The notes beneath the pieces are model-generated. The model was not told the DNA's origin and did no database searches. It saw only the letters and a list, made by a program, of their open reading frames with translations. A stretch of DNA of 64,000 nt from Diadema antillarum (lineage: Eukaryota), in contig NW_027271766.1 of NCBI RefSeq assembly GCF_040938485.1, positions 806,001 to 870,000 of the forward strand, read 5' to 3'. Each line of letters begins with the position of its first letter. The first letter of the stretch is position 1. The translations under genes were made by a program, and so were the position numbers. Positions 25,915-37,600 of this stretch are shown in pieces.

Positions 25915-25976
25915 TACATCAGGTGTACAATGATACACTGCATGTCGTCAAATACAATGATGAATCATCACATGTA
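25915..25976 (-). ncRNA. Candidate box C/D snoRNA
   Basis: Minus strand reads TACA-T-GTGATGA...(42 nt)...CTGA-TGTA: canonical box C and box D with a 4-bp terminal stem. No target identified. Confidence 0.3.
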
Positions 25977-26281
25977 TTCAAACATTAGCCTTGTAATGAT
26001 TTACAGAAGAAGCTCATTAGGCCTACATTCAGGGTTATGCATTTCTCGAGTTCCATTCAAGACAATGATTGCTTGGATCTAACCCCTACCCTGGCATCAC
26101 ACACTGAGAGAGATATTAAAGTTAATTTAAAAAATGTTTGGACCTCTGCAATAAATGAAATAAATGTTTCACATATGGGCATGTTAAAAGTCATAAATAA
26201 GAGGTTCAGTCATAATATGCAGGACAAATATAAACTGTATGGTCTCGTTTCAGGACTACCAGTCTCCTAATTATACTTGTA

Positions 26282-26448
26282 TACTGTAAAACCAGAAATG
26301 TTCGCGTGAATTTTAATTTTGCAATGTTAGTGAGAGCCAAGATTCAAGAAATTAAAATGCACAAAATTTTTGCCTACACTATATGCATTGAATGCCAGTG
26401 GCAATTTGCGAAAATTTAATGCTGTGAAACAGTTCTTACTTCACAGTA
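26282..26448. mobile_element. TA-flanked MITE, family of 2772-2976
   Basis: TACTGTAAAACCAGAAAT...TTCACAGTA; internal homology to 2772-2976. Confidence 0.65.
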
Positions 26449-29400
26449 TATACCAAATACATATGCATGTACAGTACATGTAATATCCAAAAGCCTCGAG
26501 TGAAGAAGCCTTTGTGCAATGAACGCCACACGATTCTTGTACTGTACCAACATTTTACTGCTTGTAACTTTAACATTGGGTCTTAATTTGTCCATCCCAT
26601 TGTTGCATTTGTTGTCAATCTGCATTCAGTCATTGTGAAATGCTTCTCAGGGTACATTCAAAAATACAACAATTACACTTGATGATCTCGATCATTTCAG
26701 TCACAAAATAATGAATACACTCGAAGCTTCCATCAAGTGTAAAATTTCCAATTTCATTGTTGTGAACATTTTTATGTCTTCCCATTTTATACACAATTAT
26801 TCCCTTCAAACTTGGAAGTAAATCGCCAGCAACTATCATCACTCCGTGTCTGCACAGATGAAATACCCCGATACACTTAAGACAATGCACACGACGAGAA
26901 CATTGCATATCAATTTGCCACCATAGCAAAGTTTGGATGATTTGCAGAAAGTTGTAACACTTATGAACACATAACCAGTGCCATTATGAGAGGGATGTAT
27001 CAGAGAGGTACTGCACGATTGGGTAGGGAAACACGTGAAGAGAGGGTAAAGATAGACAGTAGAAGGGAAGACTAGACATGAGATGGCTGGAGAGGGATGG
27101 AACAAGGTTTACAAAGGTATTTTCATCCAAGGAAACTTCTCTGGAACATAGTAATTTGGACAGAATGCTCTCTCTCTCTCTACACCAAGCCCTCCACAGA
27201 GAGAGACTTTACAATGTACAACATGGATATTTGGTGGGCTTTTTTTTTTATGGGGGGGGGGGGGGGAGGGGGATATATGCCAGCCATGGAGATGGAGACG
27301 CATATAAATCAGCAACGACCTGCTTTGGTCACCAAACAGGCATATTTTCCCTTTCTACATCTATTTCTAGTCCTACCTTTGGGAGCTTGAAGCTACTCGG
27401 GAGTTTCAATGTTCCACAGGTTTTTCAAACATTTTGGTGAGTACAAAGTACCATGGGTATTGACAAGTTCAAATTGAAAGTGGCAAAATGGTGACAGGAT
27501 AGACAAAACCATTTTAAGGGCACTCATATGAGAGTTTTAAGGACTGATATGTAGGTCAAAGTAATTCTCACACCTGCTTTGACATTCCAAGCACTTTCTC
27601 CTTAGGGTTGATCTTCTAAATTCACCTAAACTTTCAACAACAACAAAAAACCCTGAGAAAAGAAATGGATATCATCTACTAGTATACTACTCATCATATG
27701 ATAAGTACATTGTAACACAATGCAGCCACTTCCACTGCCAGCCACTCCCAAGTTTGTTTATATCTTCTGGCAGTCAGTTTCTTTACTGACATCCTAAAGA
27801 CACTTTGTAATAAGATTTCTGTTTGTTTCCTCCTACCGAAGTACAAATTTGTACGAAAATACATGTATGCAGCTAACATGTAATATGTATATGTGTACAG
27901 GGGAGTCAAGCTATAGCCAGGTTGGATACACTAAGAATCCGCTTTCAATCCTCGCGTCCCAACTAACCTTTTTACATATCAACCTATTGGAATCAAAGTT
28001 TCTTCTAATGCAAGATAAATTTTAGGTCCCCCAAAACATAGAAAAATCAATGAAAAATTTTGTGCAGATAAAATAAAGAAGTTTTAGTACCAATCAAACA
28101 GCAAGCAATATCACACTCTCTATACAACTGCATTATTGATGTGTGCTTGCAGTATATAAAGTGATAACCCTTGGTGACGAGTGTCACATGCCTACACATG
28201 TGCTCCATATTACCTGAGCTCTGATTGGCCAATTGTATAAAAAAGAAACTTAAAAGGTAGGTCCTGTCTGTGACATGATTATTGTCAAATCTAAAACATG
28301 AAAATAAGCATCATGGCAGAAAGAGTTCATACAGTGAACATCAGTGGTTGTGTTCAAAGTGTATTGATGTGAGGGTCTGGATATAACAAGGTAAATTAGC
28401 CGGACGCAGCTACTTCATTATGGCGGGATTCCCCAGGATATCCATATACCTGTTTTGAACAACTCACTGCTGTACTTACATTCTATAACAGTCAGACACA
28501 TGAACAACACAATATTACAAAACTGTCACTGCTTTTACATGTTTGAGCATTAAAAAAGATACCCTGGTACACAAGACATTGGGTCCTTATTAAATGGGAT
28601 TTATGACAGGCCAGAGAATTTTGCAGATAATGAGGAGCACTTGCCGATAATGAGGAGCGCTTGCCGTTGGATTTGACTTCAATTTAATCAGCAAGGAATC
28701 TTCAAATGTGTAATGTTGCTCATGTAGAAATTCAAAGTCTACTGCATAAATCACACATTGTTGAAAATGGCATGTCTTTTCTCACATGGCATGATACAAA
28801 AATGTGTAATTGGGACAGCTATTAGCACTGCACATTATATCTCTGACAATATAGACCTACCAATTTAACACTCTATGTTTTAAAGAAAAGGACATTCCAT
28901 ACTGAAGGGTTTCTACTGTACAGCTGCTACTGTATAATCTTGCTCTAAAAATTTCTTCCTAATCTTACAGGGAAAGGGCACATGTGACATATATTTAATG
29001 CAGCATAAAAATCCACATTCAATATATTTGCTGTTGCTGGCACCAGTCCTTCATCCAATTCAAACTCCCCCAGCTTCTAACACCGTATAAGATTTATGTA
29101 GTCCATACCGGTACTCCCTTGCACCATTAACCCCAGTGAGGCAGCCATGTAACACTGCTAGAGTTCCATCGATACATGGCATGGCAGAGGTGATGACTGG
29201 TCGGGAGCATAACTTACATCAGCCTCTCGAGCTATGTACAGGACAGGCAACCACTGACCAGACCTAGAGCTAAAAGAGCACACCCACTGAATGTTGACAA
29301 GAGGATAGTGAGCTATTTTAATGAAGAGGCTAAAAGCTTGCTCTTCATTTACATCTGAAGAAAAAAACAAAACCCATGGCAGAAAGTGAGCTATTTTTGG

Positions 29401-29900
29401 TGGCATCTTCAACAGTGTGGCACAAGGCAGTTTGCAGGCATAACAGTTTTTAATCATTTCTGGTACTCTGGCCATTTCTAGCTAAATTATGACCCATCTT
29501 CAATTTTCAAGCAACATCCTGCTGCCTTTAATCTTTACAAAACAGGCATAGAAGGTCCTAAAAATCTCAGCACAGTGTAAAATTCCACCCCTTTAGAGAC
29601 AGCTATTGACAAAGGTGATGAAGTAAGTATCTTCAAAAGAACATTTTATTGCAACTTGCTTTTCACTGTTTATCCATCATGATGTGGACACAGCATATTA
29701 AGGAGAGGAGGATACACAAACTTCAGTTTCTCAATGGCAGTTTCTTTCCCAGCATCAAACCCGTTAGCTTGATCAGGATGAACACAGAATTTCGAGTGAG
29801 CCACAAAAGTATTTCTTTAAATTTGCACTTATTTTAGTTTCTATTTTGGTCCCAACCCAGACATTTTCATGGTGTTCTGATCTATACATAGGTTTGACAC

Positions 29901-30093
29901 TACTGTAAAAGTGGAAATTTTCGCGGTGTTGAAATTTTCGCGCATTTCGCGCAACCCGCAACGTGAATATTTTTGCTTGCCATATGTTCCAGTAGTTGAT
30001 GTCTTGATTCCGCGGAATTAAAAACATGCAAAACTCTCCTTACCCCACAGATCCTAAAAAATTAGTCGCGCGAAAATATCCACTTTTACAGTA
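29901..30093. mobile_element. TA-flanked MITE, inverted copy of 24709-24921
   Basis: TACTGTAAAAGTGGA / TCCACTTTTACAGTA termini. Confidence 0.9.
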
Positions 30094-30537
30094 TGTGAGT
30101 CTTTATGTCATTCATTCACTCTGATATCTGGAGGGACCGATCTTCCCTGGAGATACAGTTTCAACTCTTTATGTGCCATGCTGTAAACCCCGTGTGACAC
30201 ATTATTCTGAGACAGCAATGTTGTCGTGCTTAGGGAAAACTTTTATAGATTTTTGATACACTGGACATGTAATGAGCAAAGTTGCAGAGAAAATGCCAAG
30301 CTCCGCTACGATATAAATTGTATGACGAATCTACGAGTGTTTTTCTGTCAAGTGACCAGTAGCTGGATTATTGTAGAGGCATGATTTTGCACACAAGTGA
30401 CAGAAACTGAAAATGTACTCACAAATCCAACAGGGAACACCGCATGATGATCAATCACCACATAATATGCCAGCTACATGTGACAGCATTACGATCACAA
30501 GAAATATTATTCTTTCATCGTACTGTGGCATTTGGCA

Positions 30538-30630
30538 ATTTATTGATTGGTTAGGGCGGGTTTGTGCGTTTTAGCAGAATATGCGAACTTGGCATACCGT
30601 CGACTGATTCGGACGTGCGAACGTGGCACA
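30538..30630. promoter_or_regulatory. Promoter-like segment (CCAAT box, GC box, CpG cluster)
   Basis: ATTGG at 30546-30550, GGGCGG at 30554-30559 and several CpGs in otherwise CpG-poor DNA; no known gene starts here. Confidence 0.35.
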
Positions 30631-31540
30631 CTACTACTCCAGATTTTGCCTCAGTCCCAGGAAAAAAATGGAAGTGACAATGCATAGTTGTGTAACTCTA
30701 TCTTGTAGAGTGAGTGGAGTCTGATACAACATACAAAGAAGGTGTAGTTGTATTACAGTAGCAGACATCATCTTTAGCATTTCACTTTTCACATTAGTTT
30801 TATAGGTTAATGCCCTCAGTTATTTAGAATGGTGAATATCTATCTCGACACAAACTGTCTTCCAGTTTTGAGGAAAAACAATAAAACTGGCCATTCCATT
30901 ACTTGCATATGTTTTTGCAGACAAATTGTTACACTACTTTCCAGTCACACTTTAGATGAGGACACCTATTTATTCTGTGTGTGTGTGTTCATGTGTGCAT
31001 ATGTGCATTTTGGGTATAAATATCTGATGTCGCCACGTGAAAACTAGATACCCAAAAATGCCAAGGTACAGTGCGTTGATTACTGTGGCAGACCACCAGC
31101 AACCCTATTATATGCAGACAGCAGCTTCCAGCTCTATGATGCTTCACAGAGATCTCTTTGGAGCAAACTTATTTTTTGAGCGCACATCGTCTGGACATTT
31201 TCACTTTGCTTCCCACCCTCTATACAATACATCAATATGGTGGCCAGCAAAATCTTCCCAACTTCAATAGCACTGTCTGAACAGCTCAAGGCCCTCAATG
31301 AACAACACAAAACTCATCATCTGATCATAACATCCACAAACATCATGTACAAGCTGCAACTGGCAGACTTTCATCTATATATATCACAGGAGGGTCGTCA
31401 GCATTTCCTCAGTGCAGACGGGCGGACAGCCAGCCGAGCAAAGCATGGCCGCTGACACACTGAGTTTGGAAACAAAGACGCACACTGAATATAATCACAT
31501 ACACTGGTAGGCACGTTCACAGTCACGCTTGCATACAACA

Positions 31541-31546
31541 AACACA

Positions 31547-31578
<32 letters not shown>

Positions 31579-31580
31579 TA
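31541..31580. repeat. (AC)n microsatellite in the PPP5C 3' UTR region
   Basis: Directly visible. Confidence 0.9.
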
Positions 31581-31669
31581 GACATGCATACACCCCTCTC
31601 ACACACCCACATACATGCAGACGCAAACGTTCAGCTATTATAGTCCTGAACCTCTGGTTATAGCCTTCA

Positions 31670-34600
31670 TCACATGAATCCAAACATGGAGTTGGCATAC
31701 GCCATCGGTCTCACATTGGGATGAGGCTGCGGACAAACAGGAAAAAGAAAGACGCCAGTCAGTATTATCGCTGGACAACAGAACAAACAATAACTGCTCT
31801 GTGACTTACTTACTTAAAGGGATACTTAAAAGGATGGTACAGTAGGCCTATTGGTGGAGATGAGAATTGGGCTTTTAACTTTTTGCGAGATACCAAGAAA
31901 ACACTTATGAAATAGCACAGAGCATACCATTCTAAGAGGAATTCCAAATTTATTTGATGAAAATTGGGTTTGGAATGACTGAAACATCCAAAAACAAAGT
32001 AAAACAAAGCGATCGTAAAAAGTGTGGGTTCCACGCTTTATCAGAATCGCACTGTTATGGATATCTCAGCCATTTCAAAACCAATTTTCATCAAATAAAT
32101 GATGAATTCCTCATGGAATCACAAGCTCTTTCATATTTCATAAGAGGTTTCTCATTATCTCACCAAAAAAAGTTAGAAACCTGAAATTAGGTCTCGACCA
32201 AAACTATACGATCCCTCTAAAAGATTTTCTGCGGCCATCATAGAAGCAACTGATGCTTGTCAAAAACAAAGCAACCACATGACCTAGATATCTAAGTGCT
32301 CTGTGGAGGGCTAGGCAACATGACAGAAGTCTCATGCCTACAGATATGTCAAGATCAAGGGTATAACTGACGTCCAACGGCTCCTCATTCTGACTGCATT
32401 ACTTGTATATGATTCTACACAGATTCTTTGCATGAGAGTTCAGCTAAAAAGAAAACTCAATGTATGACTATGCACAGCTTTTAAAGGGGGAGGATTTCTC
32501 CCAATTACTTTCATGCAGCTATCAATGTTCCATTAATTCCTCCAAACCATACTATTTCACTTTTAACACATATGAATGCAAATTAAATACAAGACAGTCG
32601 TGATGCACAATATAAAAGACTGCATTAGAGCTCAAGAGGCAACATTTGCTCTTCCATAAAAAAGCTATGTGATACTCCATATTACATAATCTTTCTTTAT
32701 AGGCACAGCACATGTAAGTAGGCTCTTTGCAAAACTAAGCAAAGTATGTGACACCTTGCATGACTATGTACAGTTTGAGACCACAAATAACTGCAGTAAA
32801 ATATTGACAACATAATATAAACTTATTTGACTCAATAGAGATGCAGTAACCAAACAATAGTCAGTAATGCAATGATTTCAAGCAGATGGGCTTCTATTGG
32901 CCACTGTATGAGCCGCCACAAACAGGAGGTCAGTAACACTGATTTTACACTACACATCATCACTACGATTTGCTGCAAATACTCACCACTGCTTCGTACG
33001 TCCTGAAATTGGGTTTGAGATCTGAGCCAAGATTGATGAAAGCCCCTTTATTGCCTATTTGGTCACTGTGAAAATGGCATAACAAAATAATGAAAGATAG
33101 ATTTAAAATCCAGGTACACAATTATAGAATCAATGTCAAGCCGTAACACTTGCTCTATGGTCAATCCGAGTCTGATGTGAAAGTAATGAAGAAAACAAAT
33201 TTAATGTTTCATTTGATGCTTTTACGCGTTAGGACGTTATCTTCATGTAAGACTGAAAACATAGAATGGCTAATAATTGATGTTTTGTGAGAAATAATTT
33301 TTCTACAATAAAATCAACTCTCTGAGGCAAGGTATACCAGTAGAACACTGCCACATAAATGATTGTAAAGTTTATTCCCCTGCCTCCACCCCTGATCGTG
33401 ATCACAGGATTCGCTTCTTGTGCTTACTCCAATTCATTTCAGTGGAAAGAGGATGTACTACAGCGCACTCCTGTTATAATAAACATGGATATAATGAAAT
33501 TCCTGTCACAACGAAGTAAAAATTCAGGTCCCAAAATGATAACCCATAGCTGCATATACTTCATTTATTTGGCTATAACAAAATTTCAATATGACAAAAG
33601 AAAACAGCCAATCCCGAAGCATTTGTTATAACAAGAGACGACCGTACGAGACTCACCAATAGTTTGGAGCCGAGAAGACGGTGATACACTTGCCATCATG
33701 GGTGACCTCATAGCCCTCATTCTTGACCTCATGGCTGCGGACAATGTACTCAAGGCTGTTCTTCTCCAGAAACCGCTTGGTGATGTCCGGCCCAAACTGG
33801 ATCCCCACCCCCCGTTTGCTCGGGGATCGGCCCGGCCGCAGCTGGGGGTCCGACCACAGCAGCTCACACATCGGTCCTGAAATCACAACCAGTGCTTTTT
33901 AGTTTCGGGAGAGGCTCAATGCTGCATGCATACAAAAGGCATCATCAGTAAAATAACAAACTAAAACACACTGCTTTCAAATATGAAACAACCATTCTTG
34001 GGAACACTACATTATGAACACTAGACTCCTGGCGATTGGGTGAAGGGATCAAATTCTCATTAAAATCTGTTACATTTGGCATTATTACAGCATGACAATC
34101 CATATACACTTTGTGACTCTCTTTCAGAATGGGGACAAAATGCTTGTGATAATTTGTGACAGTTCTGGGCAAGGAGTCATTGCAAAGAAGAGCCAAATAA
34201 CAAATCCTTCTCTCAGAGTGACTCCTGCAATCCATAAAAATAGCATCGATGTGGTCTCAAATGACCTAGGTGGGTACTGATAATGATTAAAATGCTCAGA
34301 CACAACGTAACAAGCATGCCTAAAAAAGACACATTTTCCTGCGTAAGGTGTTTTACCTGATTCTGGGGGCTGCATATTCCGCTTGATGGCTCGAAGGTCA
34401 TCTAACGTGACATCATCCTGGCTGAATAATCCACCATGCATAACCTGCAACCAAATACAATATACAGTGTATTATGGAATGTAATACAAATCATTAACTT
34501 CTGATTTAAACTGAGGATGAAATTGTCATGCTAAAATTTTTCAGGGTATCTCCCTCCTCAATCCACTCTAACCCCCCCCCCCAAAAAAAAAAAACAACAA

Positions 34601-37600
34601 CAACAACAAACAAATGAAATAGGACACTGCATTTAAGCAACTGCTCCACAAAATGCCCACCATGTGTTTATTTGAAAGTACTCATGAAATAGAACTCACC
34701 TAATAGTAAATACTGCATTACAGCTTGAGATGTATGTTCATTTTTGTTACAGCACTATACATTTATTTCCTCTTTACAAGTCGATGCAGGGGTCTGTTTT
34801 CAAGATCCAGCAACATTGTCAAGATAAGTCACTGAAATGTTGCACTTTCATGCTAAAAAAAAAAAATAATAACAATAATAATAAGATAGGAGCCTCATTT
34901 GACGATATTCAAAAAAGTGAAGCAATAGAACCTGAAGCTGCTGAGATGCATAGTATAAGATTAGTAATAGTTCAAATGAAATTTCAACACTTTTTAAATT
35001 CTGCATATATATATTATTCTGCTATTCCTCACTCATCTCTGTGTCCGCGGGAAACTCAGTTTCCTATAGACAGTGGTTGTGTGTGACCCTATCATCACCA
35101 CAAGCACCTATACTACATAAGATGTCTTTGGTATGGGCAGAAATCGGTCACGAACAGGGTAAATGAATCACTGACCAGGACTTTGTTGTTGATGAGTTGT
35201 GCCAGCGGCAGCCAGTTGTACACCTCGGTGAACAGCTCCGCCATCACGGGCGTGTACTTTGACTTGACTTCACCATAGAAACCGTACATCTGGTTCATGG
35301 TATCACTCTCATGATTTCCTGCATCCAAGAAGTCGGTAACAAACAGAGCAGCTCCCTTTCAACAAATTTTTGGAACTTCCACAAACTTTAACCCACAATA
35401 TTTCTCATCAGTTTCAGTCTAGATCAACTCAAGACCTCAAACTTGCACGATATTAATATTGTTAGGACAAAAGCAGCAAATGCTTTCACCAATCAATTCC
35501 ATTAGAAACATGTATAGGATTGCTGTCTCATCTTGCTATTTATCTTGGAGTTATGAAAAGACCTACGAAATACAAACTTCAAAGTTCCATACCATTCCTC
35601 CTACGCAATTTGCTTCAATGTGATCTGAATGCATTAATTTTTTTTCCCCTTTCCCTTGGATTTTCGTCCAAATGTGTTTTCATACATATATGCACTACTT
35701 TACATGCAAATCAGTCTCCAACTGCAAAAATGCCCATAATTCGAGAAAATGGCAGAGACGTACTTGATATTTTTTGTTGTACATTCCTATACTTTCACCA
35801 TAATATGAATCAATCACTAATACCAGTACATTTAACCAGGTATATGTCTCGAAATGAGAAAACCTTGAAATACAATAAGATGAAAGAAAGAGACACCTTT
35901 GTTCGAATGATATAACTCCAGTAAGCTCACCACGTGAAGAAATTCTGCCACATTCACAGATATCACATCATTGCCACTAATTCATCTCTCACTTTGTAAT
36001 ATGCAGGTGTTTCTTCTAGAGCCTCCTTTGGTGATGCTGTAATAACTATAAGTGGCTCATTAACCCATTGAGGATGGGCTGATTTTGCTACAACACGCAT
36101 TTTCCGTGGACACCTGCCATAGTATACTCGGGACTAGTCTATAATGGGTTAATCTGCAACCTTTAGGCAGGGTGTATTTTTTCTCACGGTAAGAGTCAGT
36201 GACTTACCTCTTGATAGGTGAAAGTGATCTGGATACAGCAGCTTGAAACCAAATAATGTGAAAATTACTTCTACAGAAAAGGATCCCCTGTCGACAAAGT
36301 CCCCATTGAAAAGCTGTGTGTTTCGGGTTAAGAAATGTTTGCAGCAGAATGACTATTAAACTTTCTATACTATTGGTCGAAACAAAATCCACTGGTGGTG
36401 ATGCAGGTCTTGCTTATTTAGTATCAACATTACAAACATGCTGAAGCCTTGTTATGGAATACTTCCAGTTCCACTTTTTTTCTGTGTACCTTCAGAACTT
36501 GGTACATCTAGTATAATGGTATTAAAACAAAACATACTGTCATTGATATCTGGAGTGTAGTAGGCAAATGGTCACAATAAGAAAACTCTTGCCTAGATTC
36601 AGTTAGTCTTGATCCACGACCTCATTATGAGTACATCCAGTTATGAGCCACATGCATATCCTGATCAGACCTTGAGAAAGGATACGTATGGATTGTCTTG
36701 TGAAGGCAATCCATTGATCTCAAATATATTGAGGAGATCGTAGAACTGGCCATGGATGTCGCCACATATCGTGAACTTGCTTCCTTCTGGTACAGTGATG
36801 TCACACAGAGATGGTAACTTCTTGAACACTTCTAGGATTTGCATTAATATCTGGTGAGAGAAAATAAATAATCTTGATTGTATATTTGAGTCAAGAGATG
36901 TTGCACAAATATCACAGAGAACATAAAATGAATACTACCACATCTATTACGATCTTTATCATCATTATCACAATAACAATTTGTTGCCATCATTTCTATC
37001 ACTACAATTTGAGTACAAAAATATGACATCAAGTCTCATCCTAATATTTCTATTCAGATTTTTGTAAAGCACCCTCATCTGAGGAAGTTGTCAGTTTTTT
37101 GGGGTTTTTTTTTCATTCTATGTCATGGTTTCTGTCCTGAAAAGGGACCATCATCCAAAACAGAAGGTGAAATATGGTTTGCATGTGTGACCTAAAGGCC
37201 TAAATCAGAAAACATGTAGACAGAAACAGAAAATCACAAAGATCCTGAAGTACAGGTAAGATACAGGTGGAACTCTACTGAAAACAAACAAACAAAGACA
37301 CAACTAATATATCTGAATAGTGAAAGCATTTGATATTGCAAAGGAAAAAAGGAAAACACTGAATAAAAGACTAATAAAAGACTAAATATGTGTGTTCATT
37401 TACTTGCTATATGACTTACTGTGTAGGCATATCTCCTGTGTAGTATTTTCTGATTCTTGAAGTGATCCAACAGTTGCACCATGAAATCTTTTGTCACTTT
37501 GTCATTCTCCAGTGCAGGACCTGTGTACTCATCTTCAATGACTGGAAGACACACAATACCATTAATGTCCTTGAACATACGAAAATAACATCAAGCCTAG

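Noticed and set aside
28626-28666. 20-bp tandem duplication GATAATGAGGAGC[A/G]CTTGCC
   Set aside because: A simple two-copy slippage event with no further structure.
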